DNA of 63,973 nucleotides, filler included, from Dimorphilus gyrociliatus (Eukaryota; Animalia; Annelida), in assembly GCA_904063045.1 (NCBI GenBank). It is 4 parts of 4 records of this genome, joined end to end, with 100 filler letters (N's around TTAATTAATTAA, not from the genome) between each part and the next. Parts side by side here need not be neighbours in the genome. Positions count along the whole stretch, not along the records: positions 1 to 18,992 come from CAJFCJ010000065.1; positions 19,093 to 48,629 come from CAJFCJ010000233.1; 2 more parts are not named here. One strand, written 5' to 3'. Positions 11,452 to 23,993 of this stretch are shown one piece after another. The number at the start of each line of letters is the position of its first letter. The stretch's first letter is position 1. Under the pieces are notes generated by a model, which worked only from the letters and a program-made list of their open reading frames with translations, was not told the DNA's origin and made no database searches. Made by a program: the position numbers and the translations under genes.

Positions 11452-12385
11452 AATAGGGGTGAAACCGTACCTGGGTTAAACCTAACCACTAGAGGGTTAA
11501 ACCGTACCCATTTTTTATTTAATATATTGTATATGTTTATTAAACTTGTGATAATGAAATCTATGTTATACTGATACAATGTATATAGCCAAATATATAA
11601 AGATGCATTTATCTAAACAATTAAAAGAATTAAAACGGAAATGAAAAGAAAAAGAGAATATGAAATGTAGGTAAAATCTATGGAGCATATATATCAGATG
11701 TTTTTTAGCAATAATTCATCTGCTAATATTTCCTAGTTTTGTATTCATCCCAAATGTCAAATATTTTTTTTTCTCTCTTCATATACTTATGTCCCTGATA
11801 TCTATATATTTGTTTCTCAGACATCACCTTTTCATAGATAATCATCCACTAATATGTAGAATGAGCCTTTTGAATGCACTTGACTATTCATCCTGTTGTA
11901 CCAACCCTCCAGACTATTATTTGTTCTAATTGATAGACCAAACACTGACCAATTTTCAGGTTTTCACATACAATTACATATCCAAGTACTTTCAAAATAC
12001 AACAGTAGGTCAGCCAATTTCTATTGCTCCAGATAAGAAATAAGTGTTTAAAGGCATCAACTATGAATATAAAAATCTGTTGGTTTTGTATGAAAAAGTT
12101 TTACTATAACCAACCAATGGAATGTCTGAAGTGATTAAAAAATCACTGTTTTGAGTTGAAATTACTTACCTATCAAATTATTCTTTTCTAAATTCAGAGA
12201 TTCAGTAGTTTGCTTAAATTCTTGTTGACCATAATTCTTTGATCTCTAAAGTCTAAATATTGGTATAAAATTATATCTAAGTGTAAAATTATATGTCTTA
12301 GTATTCTCTATTTAAACATTTTTGGAATACAAATACCAGTTTAAAATTTTGAGTCAGCCATTTTAGGTATGATTTCACCCCTATT
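11452..12385 (-). mobile_element. Non-autonomous MULE derivative with terminal inverted repeats
   Basis: AATAGGGGTGAAACCGTACC at 11452 and an imperfect inverse GGTATGATTTCACCCCTATT at 12366-12385. Internal minus-strand KLADLLLYFESTWIC..KPENWSVFGLSIRTNNSLEGW. No TSD found. Confidence 0.7.
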
Positions 12386-14282
12386 TGCTTGCTGAACTGA
12401 ACTGAGCTTCTGAACAAAATTTGAGCAAAACCAAGCAGTTTTCCAGCTATGGCAGTTTCAAATTGACAGTGGTAGGTGCAGTTAATGCCTTACTCTCTCT
12501 TACTACTATACCACCCTATGTTCTACACCACCAACTATTGTCCTATTTTTCTATTTCCTATGAAATAGAAGTCAAATGTAGTTGATAACCTTTATTGTAC
12601 AATAAACAACTTTGATGACTTTTTTTACTTGAGAATTTTGCATGGTGGAAAGGTGATTTGGGAATAATTTGTTAGTTTTTTTGCAATATCAATTATATCA
12701 AGACCTTTCGGTGCAGAAAGATCTAAACATATTCATGAAAATTGCCTGACACCACTCCTACATCAGATATATTTTATTTCAATTACTCAGTAAAGTTTTT
12801 GTTATTTTTCAATATTTTGCAACCTTCTACTTTATTATTTATGAAAATAAATATTAAAAGATGTAGAATATGATTGAGGTAAAAGAAATTTTAGTAGCTT
12901 GAATTCAATCAAACTCTTGTGATAAGGTGGGCTGGGGTTCAAATCCTTAATAAGAATTTTGGGAAGAGTAGCTCTGGTTTCAACAGCTCCTGGTCTTTAA
13001 ATGATTAGGCTTAAAAAACAATGCATAATCAGTCAAAATTTATTTGATAGAATGTAACAAATATCACTCTGCTATTAATAGCTTCATAAAGCCTGACTAA
13101 ATATAAAAAAATTGACGTTTTTCTTTTTTTAAACAGTTTATTAATGAAGTAAAAAAAGATATTTGTTTTGCTAGGTTGTAAATCTTGATCAATACAGCCT
13201 TTGGCTATTCTTCATTTCCTGGCTTGGTTCGCTAAGAAAGCAAAAAATTATAATAGAAAACAGCATTAGTAAATGGATTCTACCCTATCCCGAACTCAAA
13301 CCCTTGTCTGTACCTAACCTTTGATGAGAAGCTCCTATATGCAAAAACAATTACTGTTTTCATTTTCCTACTACTTTTCAATCTAAAATCCATCATTGAC
13401 CAAGTTTTGTGTAGAGTGGTGTGTATACAATGTGCCACAACAAATTCTATTAATTATAGACAAATATTGTAATTGTAACCTTAATTTAATATTATAATTT
13501 AATTAATACTGTATATTTATCTATTAACTCAAATTCAGATCACTTTGCTTAAATGTCAATTATGCTTTCATTTGAAGTTTTAGATTTTAATCATTATAGA
13601 CAACATGCAATAATCAGACATACTTCCTCTGCAAATATTGATGCTAAATTTATTAACTGAAACAATTAATTATTATTATTAAAGTAGAATGTAAAAAAAC
13701 AGTCAAACATAAAATTCCCTTTAATTCAACCCTTTAAAGAGTATATAAACCCAACAAAATTAACAGTTGATACCCTAAATCTAACCTAGCCTAACTTTAA
13801 CCTTGATTGGAAAGGATGATTACATCAGCTGATGTTAATTGTTAATTCTTTTTTCAAACAAATATTTTACTCAAATTTTTAAAATGAACAACATGTTTTT
13901 TTCCTTTCCCTTTGTACTTTATTGTATTGTAATGTTAGAATTTCTGGTCTTCCACATCATTATTTTTCTTTTTGTATCAAATACTGTGGAGTATACTACT
14001 TGGGATGCATTTCAAATAGATATCTGCTTATAGAATGGCAGATATCAAAAAGCAGCATTTTTGAAGGTTGCTTCATGGATTCTTATCGATGCAAAAGTGT
14101 TTGCTGATTTATTGATAAAATGTTCATTCTGATTGTAATTTGCCAAGTAATATATAAACAAGCTGATAATGATTTGTATCATCTTCATTTTTCATTATAT
14201 ACAATTAACAGAAAGCAAAATCTCATGTTCAAAATCATATAACAATTTTTAACAATATTTTAATAAATGCCTAATCTTTAAC

Positions 14283-15507
14283 TCAACATCTTGATGATTG
14301 TTGAAGTCCTTCACAAATATTTATTATTCCATTACTCATGTTGTCATTCCAATATAGAGTCATAGTTGTTATTTTTGAACAATGTTTCAGCAAATTTTCA
14401 AACTTATCGCAGTGTTTTTCAAGTAAATTACATCTACTTAATTCCAGAATCTTCAAACTACTTGATGACCTTTGAAGTCCATCAAAAATATCCAATATTC
14501 CATTACCGATTTGTTCATTCACAGTTAGCTTAATTGTTTCTATTCTTGAGCAATAATTTAGCAAATTTCCAATATACTTTCCTTGTTTTTCATTTAATTC
14601 ACACCAACCAAATTTCAAATATTTCAAAGTATTTGATGACATTAGAAGTCCTTCACAAATGTTTGATATTCCATCAACTATCTTCATATTCGCTACTAAA
14701 TTGATAGTTTCTATTCTAGAGCATTGATTTAATAAATTTCCAATCTCTTTACTCTGCCTTTTATCTAAATCACACCAACCCAATTCCAGTGACCTTAAAC
14801 TATCTGATGACATTTGAAGTCCTGCAACAATATTCAGTATTCCATTGCCCATACTTATATTTTTTGATAGATTTAAATTTTGTATTCTAGAACAATGATT
14901 TAATAAATTTCCAATCTCTTTACTTTGTTTTTCATCTAAGTAACTGATATAGCTTAAGAGAATTTAAAGTATTTGATGACATTTTAAGACCTTCACAAAC
15001 ATTTATTATCCCATCACCCATTCTTTCATTACAAGATAAATTTATTGACTTTATTCCAAAGCAATGTTTTAGTAAATTTCCAATCTCTCTACTTTGTTCT
15101 TCGTTCAAATTGCAACTATTTAAAAAAAGGTTATCTAAAGTATTTGATGACGTTTGAAGTCCTTTACAAATGTTCAGTATTCCTTTATTCTTAATTAGTA
15201 AATTACCAATATCTCTACCTTGTTTTTCATCTAATTCACAAAAATTTAAGTTCAGAGTCTTTAAACTAGTTGATGACATTTTAATTCCTTCACAAATTTT
15301 TAACATTCCATTATGAATTTGTTTAGTGCGGTTTGGTTGACATCTTGAACAAAGGATTTGATCATTTTCAACTTGCTCTTGTTTTAAACATTTACTACAC
15401 AATAGATGTTGACAACGAAGTATATTTTCATTATTTTCTACACAAAACTCAAAACAAATGGCACATGCCAGTTTCTGTTGATTATTCTTAGCTGTTATGG
15501 TCGCCAT
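14283..15507 (-). pseudogene. RING-LRR gene lacking B-box/coiled coil, frameshifted near 14945
   Basis: ORF 15507-14932 has a RING with its zinc ligands (CAIC..CQHLLCSKC..CSRC) running straight into LRRs. LRRs resume in another frame (LDEKQSKEIGNLLNHCSR...) through 14852-14283. There is an internal LRR deletion. A sequencing error cannot be excluded. Confidence 0.8.
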
Positions 15508-15992
15508 TTTGAATTTTCTACAATTTTTGTTTACTCTAGCAGAAATTTAATACTTGCTTTTATTTTATGTTTAATGCAATATTTCATAAATGTCTATTTT
15601 TAAATTGTAAATATCCATGCAATTTTTTAGAAATTAAAACAGTAATTATTAATAATTATTACAAATCGGTATTACTAAATCATGGTGGGAAAAATATTTG
15701 AAGTCTAGGAAAAGATTTGCTGAAAGATATTGCAGCTTTAGAGACAAAAAGTTTCAGTTCATAAAAAATCCTCTTTGTGATGCTTTAGTGTAAGGTTTTC
15801 CAAACAAGTGGTACAGAATGTCTTGGCTAAAGGGATGAAATATCCCATGTAATGATGAACATTAAGGATACAATTGTTATCAGTTTGACCAGTATTGTAT
15901 AAAATGTTTTTGTATAGAATTTATCTAATGATAATAATAAGACATAGTTCAATACTATATTTTATCTACTTTTGTGACAACATAAACTAAAA

Positions 15993-17996
15993 ATGGCTGC
16001 TGTATATTTTGTTGATGGAGAAAATTTTGAATGTGATATCTGCTTAGAATCTTGGGTAGAAAATGACTCCAGAGTGCTCCCCTGTCAACATAGCTTTTGT
16101 CTTAGCTGCTTGAAGAAATTACCAATAATAGGTAGCAAACAGGAAATTATTTGCCCACATTGTAGAGAGAAGTGTAAAGTGCCTGATGGGGGAATTGAGA
16201 AGCTAAGAAGGAATTTTTGTACAAGTTCATTGCAGAAAGTACAGCAGACAAAGGTTGGCGAATTATGCTTAAAGCATCAAAGAGATTCATCTCTATTTTG
16301 TAAAACTCACAATATTGGCAATCTTTGCGCTCTGTGCTTTGATGAAAATCACGTGAATTGTGAAATGACAACTACAAGAAGAGTTGAGAAAGAGAAGAAT
16401 AAGCTGCAATCTTTAATAATTGAAGAAAGACAAAATGGAGAAAATCATCTGATAGAAATTGAAGAAATGGAAAAATCCTATAAAGAACAACTCGAAAAGG
16501 AATTTAAAAAAATTAAAGATGAATTCAAAAAGATTAGCACAGGCAGAGAAGAGTTACTCATTAAATTCATAGATCAAAACAGTGGACAAGAAAATTCGTT
16601 TGAAATGTTGAAAAAATTTTTGGAAAAGAAGCCAAAAGTAAAAATATCAAACAACTTTCACCTTAACTATCAAATAGAGAATAAGAATTTTAAAAATTAT
16701 CTTAACATTTCAAATTCTAAAGCAGAGAAATCAAAGAAGAAAGTTGAGAAGGATGATAAATTTCAGATAAGGAAAATTGATGTATCTGGAAAAAATATAA
16801 TGGGTGAAATGTCATACATTTCTGATATTATTCAAAATTCTTTGAATATTATACAAGAATTCAATTTTCAAAATTGCAATTTAGTCAAAGATCAATGTGT
16901 AACTATTGGAAATTTATTGAAGAAATGTTCCAAAATTCAGGTAATAAACCTAGAAAGAAATTTAATGATGGATGGTGGATTATCAAATATATGCAATGGA
17001 TTATATAAATCAACAAATTCTTTAAGAGTAATTAACTTTTCGGATTGTAATTTAAGAGAAAATGATTATAAAAATGTTAAGAATCTATTGAAGAATTGTT
17101 CAAAAATTGAAATATTCAAAATGGCAAACAATAGTAGTAATTACGAATTACGTGATTTGAATGACATTTTTGCTGCATTGGTAAAGTCGACGAGTAGTTT
17201 AAAAGAGATTAATGTTCAAAGTTGTAGTTTGACCATGAACAGTGCAAATTCCATTGGTTTCCTGTTGAGGAAATGCTGTAAAATTGAAAGATTCAATGTA
17301 GGCTATAATCAATTTATGTTTGGTGGATTGTTAAATATTTTTGAAGGATTGGCAGAGTCGGCTATTTCATTGAAAGAATTAAATTTTAGCGCTGTATCTT
17401 TAAATGAAATTATGTGCAATGGTTTAGATGATCTGTTGAGAAAATGTTCCAAAATTGAGTCATTTACTATAGCACAGAATACAAATATGAGACTGGGATT
17501 GTTCAAAGTTGTTGATGGACTTTTGAATGTGTCAAACACTTTAAAAAGGATTGATTTGTCACAATGCTACATAAATGAAATGACTCATGAATGTATTGTA
17601 AAGCTTTTAAATAAGTGCAATAGAATAGAATCAATCAGCATTGCGCATAATCCAAATATGGGATATGGATTTGTAAATGTTTGTAAGTGTCTTCATAAAT
17701 TTTCCAATACTTTGAAAGAAATCAACTTTACAAATTGTCGCATGACTGAATTTCAAGTTACAGCTGTTGGACAGTTGTTTATGAAATGTTCAAAATTGGA
17801 AAGAGTAAATTTTACAAGGAATTCTTTTACTGATGATGGATTACATAACATTTGTAGTGGACTCTTAAAATCATCAAATACCCTAAAAGAAGTAAATTTT
17901 TCTCTCTGTTCTCTTAGTCAATCTTTAATGAAAGATGTGAAACATTTACTAAAGAATTGTTCAAAACTTGAAATATTAGATTTATCGCTAAATTAA
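15993..17996 (+). CDS. TRIM-like RING + B-box + coiled coil + about 7 LRR units
   Basis: RING CDIC..CQHSFCLSC..CPHC; B-box CLKH..CKTH..CALC..HVNC; E/K-rich helix; RI-type LRRs. Single exon. Confidence 0.92.
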   Translation: MAAVYFVDGENFECDICLESWVENDSRVLPCQHSFCLSCLKKLPIIGSKQEIICPHCREKCKVPDGGIEKLRRNFCTSSLQKVQQTKVGELCLKHQRDSSLFCKTHNIGNLCALCFDENHVNCEMTTTRRVEKEKNKLQSLIIEERQNGENHLIEIEEMEKSYKEQLEKEFKKIKDEFKKISTGREELLIKFIDQNSGQENSFEMLKKFLEKKPKVKISNNFHLNYQIENKNFKNYLNISNSKAEKSKKKVEKDDKFQIRKIDVSGKNIMGEMSYISDIIQNSLNIIQEFNFQNCNLVKDQCVTIGNLLKKCSKIQVINLERNLMMDGGLSNICNGLYKSTNSLRVINFSDCNLRENDYKNVKNLLKNCSKIEIFKMANNSSNYELRDLNDIFAALVKSTSSLKEINVQSCSLTMNSANSIGFLLRKCCKIERFNVGYNQFMFGGLLNIFEGLAESAISLKELNFSAVSLNEIMCNGLDDLLRKCSKIESFTIAQNTNMRLGLFKVVDGLLNVSNTLKRIDLSQCYINEMTHECIVKLLNKCNRIESISIAHNPNMGYGFVNVCKCLHKFSNTLKEINFTNCRMTEFQVTAVGQLFMKCSKLERVNFTRNSFTDDGLHNICSGLLKSSNTLKEVNFSLCSLSQSLMKDVKHLLKNCSKLEILDLSLN

Positions 17997-18588
17997 TTTT
18001 TAATTTACTCAATAATTTCCTAAATCTGATAAATTCACTCTTGATTTTTAATAATCTTCCTAAGATTTTTTATTATACAAATACATAATCAAAATATTTA
18101 TGGCAGAGTCAATCGAGGTTTAGTTCAAGTTTAACTAATTTGTTCAAAATAGAATATTTAATCAAAAAACTGATAGCCAAATTATCCAAGCTAGCATCCA
18201 ACCAGAAAGAGTAGTTGTCTTCTTCTAGCAAATGTTCACAAAAACAAAAGTTGCAAATATGCTGATGGTGTCTTTCCAAAGGTGGGTTATAAGTGGATAC
18301 AACATAAAACATCCCCAAATGTATGGTTTAACCGTAACCCTAACCTAGCCCTTATCTCTCCTTACCCCTGACCCCTAGATGGAACTCCCCTAACTACAAA
18401 TCGATCGCTACTTCACTCGTCCTAACCACTTTTCAATCTGAAATGTTGCTTTCAAAAATATCACTTGGGGATGTTTTCTGTTGGCCTCGTTATAAGTAGA
18501 TGAACACTTTTTAACTATATCAGTGGAATACTAGCTCAATACTTCTTGTCTACAGAAATATGATTAGACAAATACAATACTAAAAAAA

Positions 18589-18681
18589 ATGGCTGACAGT
18601 TTCTACTTGACAAAAGAAGAATATTTCACTTGTGCAATTTGTTTAGAAACAAATATTACAGTAAATAATTTTCGGGTCTAG
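18589..18681 (+). pseudogene. Truncated start of another TRIM-LRR paralogue (half RING)
   Basis: AAAAATGGC start; MADSFYLTKEEYFTCAICLE then unrelated sequence and a stop. Confidence 0.7.
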
Positions 18682-18992
18682 GTTCTGACAAAATGCTCAC
18701 CAAGACATCTTTTCAACAACAATCTATCATCATCACTTATCTTACAGCCTACCAGACTGAGAAAACAACGATGACGTGGGAAATTTGCCAATGCGTCACA
18801 TATCCTCATAAATCCATCCTCAATCAATGGATTATTGTTCAAGACTATATTCCTTATTTTGAAACATTCATTTAAAAGATTTGCAACACTAACACATTTC
18901 TCAGCATTCAAGTTACAATTGTTTAAAAAAAGCACCTCCAAAGTGTTTGATGACTTTTCTAGTGAATCACAAATGATTTTAATATCATTTGA
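18678..18992 (-). CDS. C-terminal part of an LRR gene, 5'-truncated by the scaffold end
   Basis: IICDSLEKSSNTLEVLFLNNCNLNAEKCVSVANLLNEC... same LRR family; the frame is open up to the spacer. Confidence 0.75.
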   Translation of the reverse strand, partial: SNDIKIICDSLEKSSNTLEVLFLNNCNLNAEKCVSVANLLNECFKIRNIVLNNNPLIEDGFMRICDALANFPRHRCFLSLVGCKISDDDRLLLKRCLGEHFVRT

Positions 18993-19092
18993 NNNNNNNN
19001 NNNNNNNNNNNNNNNNNNNNNNNNNNNNNNNNNNNNTTAATTAATTAANNNNNNNNNNNNNNNNNNNNNNNNNNNNNNNNNNNNNNNNNNNN
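18993..19092. other. Synthetic contig spacer
   Basis: 44 N + TTAATTAATTAA (19037-19048; stops in all six frames) + 44 N. Confidence 0.97.
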
Positions 19093-19326
19093 AGAATGCT
19101 TAGAGTTGATAACATGTGGAGTTAATGAAATAATACTAGAACCAGTAAATGAAATATCGTTATTACAAACAATACAAAAGTACTTGAAAATATTTGAACC
19201 TTCTTCTAAGTTTAGTAGAATGAATGAAGTTTAATAAAAGCTGTAAATAAATTTTAAATTTCCTTATTTATATAAATATTATTTTTATATAAATTTTAAA
19301 TTTTCTTATTTATATAAACATTATTT

Positions 19327-20480
19327 GGTGGGTGGGAAGTTCATTACCCCTTCGATCAAAAAATGATTTTTTTGGAAAATACGAGAAGTAGTAGGGGAAG
19401 GGCATAAAAGTTATTCAAAAAAAATTTTTTTTTGTGTTAAACAAAAATAACACTAGAAACAAAAATAATTAAAAATTCTCTTTAATAATACTAAAAAAGC
19501 TTCATTTCCATACTTTCTTAAAAAAAAGCACTTAGCAAATATATATTCCATATATTGACTCGATGAAAGGCAGTTTCTTCTTATATATTGCTTTAGGAGA
19601 GACCATTGATTTTCAATTGCTTGAGTATTAGCTCCGGTATGTGGATCTATAAAGTTCTCATTGTGGTTCACTTTATCATGAATATAGCCCATAGATGATA
19701 ATTTCTCATATCCAGGCCAGCCATCTGTATAAATAATTGAGTTTTTTTCAATATATTTTTCAACAATTTCATTTATAGTGTTTTTTCTTCTATTATCTAC
19801 TTCTTTAAAAAATGTTTTTTTGGTATAAATATCAATTCCACCTATTATTCACTTTTTTTTATATATTCTTCCAATGTTATATTTTCTTTTAGAACATAAG
19901 CTTTCATCTATTTCGACTATATGTCCTGGACCTCCAATTTTTTCATTCATTTCATTACTCATTATTGTGTATATAGTAAAGTTTAAGATTTTATTCCACT
20001 TTGTGATAGTTTTAACAGTTAAATCTTTTAGTTCTTTTATTATCTCGAACCAATTCATATACATATTACAAAAAAAATAAACATAGTCCAAAAAAATGTG
20101 TAATTTTATCTTTGTTCTTTTCATTACTGTACTTTCAAAAATGGAGTTATGATTTTTACAATTATAACACTTATATCTGAATGTGTCTAAATGTTTAATA
20201 ATAATCATCTCCTTGTTTATACAAGTTGGACATCTTCTAGTTCGTTTTATTAAATTTTTATTAACAAGGAAGTCAATTGTTCTGTGTTCATCGGATGTTG
20301 CTAATACTAATTCTCTATAGTTCATTAAGGGAAAAATATAAATTAAATGAATAAAACCTTTATTTTAAAAAGATTAGAAAAAAAAATTTGAAAAAAAATT
20401 CAAAACCCTTCTTCTAAATTTCCTCTAGATCACAAAAAAATCATTTTTTGATCGAAGGGGTAATGAACTTCCCACCCACC
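19327..20480 (-). mobile_element. Merlin (IS1016/ISXO2-like) DNA transposon, near intact
   Basis: Perfect 48-bp TIRs (19327-19374 / 20433-20480) and 8-bp TSD CATTATTT. Transposase 20325-19453 has a Zn ribbon, VEIDES, YTDGW and TQAIENQW, with one in-frame TGA at 19849-19851. Confidence 0.93.
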
Positions 20481-20644
20481 CATTATTTTCCTTATATAAA
20501 CATTATTTCCCTTATTTATATAAATATTATTTTTATATTTTATTAATAAGTATTATTTTACTCTAATTATTATATATTAAACTAAATAAATAAAAATAAT
20601 ATTAATAATAAAATACATTAAAGTCTTTATTTAATAAAGTTTTG

Positions 20645-21244
20645 CTATTGAAACATTTCATCTGGATTTGATATTTCATCATCTTGTTTATTTGTTTTAT
20701 TAATTTCTTTTCCAGTCCAAAGGTCTCTTAAATCATCTCCAAATGGCATTTCCAGATCCTCATTAAAATTATTAATGCTCTTTAAATCTGAATCAAGTGG
20801 AGTGATAGGATCAATTTCATTATATATATTTTTAAACTCACTAGATCTAATTGGATTAAACATATTCTTTTCTCCCATTAAATTAATTACATTGTTATCA
20901 AATTGTAAAGGTTTTTCAAGCTTTTCTATCTTTATTGGTGATAAACTTTTCTTTTTTACTTCATTTTTGTTGTTACAATGTTTTACTTTAACCTTTTTCT
21001 CTTTAGCTCTTCTATTTTGGAACCATACTTGAACAGCACGCATGTCCATTTGTAGCTGCTCACTTAGTTTCTTTCTTACACTTGCAGCTGGTTTTTGATC
21101 AAACTCAAACACTTTCTCAAGAATCACTTTATGATTCTTTGGTATCCTTCTTCTAGGTTTTACATAGAATGGATTGTAATAAGAGCTTTCTACGGATCCA
21201 TTATCGTTTCTGTGAAAGGAGTCAAAGAGATTGTGTTTGTCCAT
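20645..21244 (-). CDS. Homeodomain protein, fungal/microsporidian (HD-10-like) type
   Basis: YNPFYVKPRRRIPKNHKVILEKVFEFDQKPAASVRKKLSEQLQMDMRAVQVWFQNRRAKEKK. Intronless; CCC immediately before the ATG. Confidence 0.88.
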   Translation of the reverse strand: MDKHNLFDSFHRNDNGSVESSYYNPFYVKPRRRIPKNHKVILEKVFEFDQKPAASVRKKLSEQLQMDMRAVQVWFQNRRAKEKKVKVKHCNNKNEVKKKSLSPIKIEKLEKPLQFDNNVINLMGEKNMFNPIRSSEFKNIYNEIDPITPLDSDLKSINNFNEDLEMPFGDDLRDLWTGKEINKTNKQDDEISNPDEMFQ

Positions 21245-21788
21245 GGGTGTTCTATTTGGGTTTAATTTAAACTTTATATGTACAAAAAAGGAAAGTGATG
21301 GTACATTTTGTGATTACATAAACTCTCAAAATGTCATAAATCGTTGTTTTGACTGTTTTTTATAAAAATAAAAATATAACAAAATTCTAAAAAATTAAAA
21401 TTTACCTCCAAAATTTGAAAATGTAATGTTTCAAAATACAAACCTAAGTCTGTAATTTTAATTAAATTTTAATAAAAATCAATTAGATTTAAAAACTGAA
21501 AGTTTAAAAGTCTAGTATTTATAAGAGATTTGAATTTTATATGTTTTAATGGTGTCATTTAATGTTTTATATTAAAATTTATCTAAATTTAGGTTTTTAT
21601 CTGTTTTTGTTGAATATGTAATTAATGTTGGTTTACTGATGATCAATCACTTAATCCATTTATGGAATGAGTAGGGAGGGAATTAAAATACATTGATCTT
21701 TAGATCTTTCTGTCAAAAAACAGTGGAATACGTTTGTCAAATAAAAAAGGTAAATTAAGGTTAACAAAATATAAAATATACTAATTGG

Positions 21789-21892
21789 TTACTATTTATG
21801 ATTCTTTAAAAATAAAGATTTATAGTAAAATTGTACTAAGTATTTACTATTTATGATTCTTTAAAAATAAAGACTTATAGTAAAATTGTACT
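21789..21892 (+). repeat. 49-bp direct duplication, period 55
   Basis: TTACTATTTATGATTCTTTAAAAATAAAGA(T/C)TTATAGTAAAATTGTACT at 21789 and 21844. Confidence 0.85.
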
Positions 21893-22129
21893 TTTTTATT
21901 TTAATTTTATAATTATTTATAAAATTAAATACTATTTGATTGTAAAGTCATAATAAGTTAATTATCCTTTATTGGAATTATGTAATGTTGTATATGGAAA
22001 TAATTATACCTAAAGAGGAAATACATAAAAGTTAGGTTTTGTTTATTTTATTATTTTTGATATTTCCAAATGATTTTATTTTGAGCTATTTTTATAAGAA
22101 ATATAACTAAATCTTATTATTTTATATCG

Positions 22130-22440
22130 AATTAAATCTCTATTAATTTTTATTATTTTATATACTATTTGATATCAAAAATTAAAATTATAACTAATGT
22201 TATTATTTTATATTAAATTAAATCTCATTTGTTTTTTGTTATTTTATATACTATTGTTATTAAATTAAAAATATAAGTAATGTTATTATTTTATATACTA
22301 TTGTTATTAAATTAAAAATATAAGTAATGTTATTATTTTATATACTATTTGATGTTGTATTAAATCTCTATTATTTTTAATTATTTTATATACTATTTGA
22401 TTCTAAATTAAATCTCTATTATTTTTTATTATTTTAATTT
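22130..22440 (+). repeat. AT-rich minisatellite, 47-bp core
   Basis: Exact units start at 22239 and 22286, a partial unit at 22333, with degenerate TTATTTTATATACTATT copies on both sides. Confidence 0.7.
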
Positions 22441-23993
22441 TACCTCCATTTTCCCCGATTATAGAAGTATATCACAAATTTCCTTAATTGTCACTGTTTC
22501 TTATATTTTGATAAAACATAGAATAAATGTTACATTTAAATCAGTTTGCCCCTAATTAGGAACTTTTGTAATTATAATTAATTAATTCAATTATACAAAA
22601 TCAAATTTATTAACTTCATGTTTTGATATTTTTATTAATAGAAATTTAAAATTGCTTATTTGAATAAAAATATTCTAAATTGGAAATCAATAGTAATAAT
22701 AAATATAATTGATTTTTTAAAATTACGCATATTTACTTGATTAGTTCTAAAGTACAATCTAAAATTTTTTAATAGAACTTTGTTCTACTTTTTAAGAGAT
22801 TTAAAGTGTTTAAATATATATAAAAGTATTAATTATTACGTATAATACTTTGATTTATCCAATTTATTTTTACCATGGATCTTTATATTCTAACCATTGT
22901 TAGGTAGAATTACGTATCTTATATTTAATTTTATGTTTTCTACTTCGTTTTTTAATCATATTCTAGTGGTTGTTCTACTATCCTGAGTTCAAAAGATGTA
23001 GAATGGTTCATCGGAAGGGGCCTTTGACCAAGAAATATAAGTGGAAACGTCATGTTAGGCTTTCATACTATCAAATATATCAATTTTTAGAAAATTAGAA
23101 CACTTTTCCTTAAATAATTTCACTACCTATCATAATAATAAATGTTGTCTATCATTCTATTACACTAATTTAGTAGTATAAATTTATATATAACCTTTCC
23201 CCTCTTATATAGTTAGAAATACTTCAATCAGTACAATAAAAGAAAGAAAGCCTTCTAGTAGTTATTTATTAACCAAATATAATTCTATTTTTGTTAATAA
23301 ATCACAAATAAGTTATTACTTATATAAAACTGGGTATATGATTTATACCAATAAATAGAAAGACAAATTATAGAAAAAACAATGAAAGAAAAGAACTTAT
23401 ACCGGAATTCTATTAAAAAAAGAAAAGGTCCATTTTATGAACAACACATGGATACACTTACACAAAAATTGTTGCTATGAGAAAATTTATTAGTAAATCC
23501 TATTAGTGATCAAAAGCAGTGAAGTTCCCCTTTATAATAACTGCAATACTTTCCAGTGTAGTAGTGCTATATACTATAAAAGTAATATTACTTGAATAAT
23601 TCCCAGGTGTAAATAATGATAGTTATAGACACCTTTCTGACTCAATAGAAACTTTATCAAGTTTCCATAATCTTTTTCAGCTAAATATAAACCTGTACAC
23701 ACATTTTCCTAAATTTTACAAAAACTTATTTATATTAAAGGAAATTTTAATATAATCCACATTGATAATAAAAAGGAGTTTGTTAATGTATAGAACATAG
23801 AGATATAAATAACACATGGAGGACCATGAACCCCATAAAACATGGAAAAATTAAATATAGCGACATAGCTATAAAAAAATTGAAAAATCTCCTACATTAA
23901 ATGGTCACAACTAGATCAATCATCTAAATAAACTTTTATTTGAATGTAGTAACTCAACTTTAATGTTACTGAACAAACACCATAATCTATATA

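Noticed and set aside
14040-14130. Single plus-strand LRR remnant (FEGCFMDSYRCKSV/ADLLIKCS)
   Set aside because: Too short and needs a frameshift; not enough support.
22130-22440. CRISPR-like array (also 49958-50036)
   Set aside because: No unique spacers, no cas genes, eukaryotic context.
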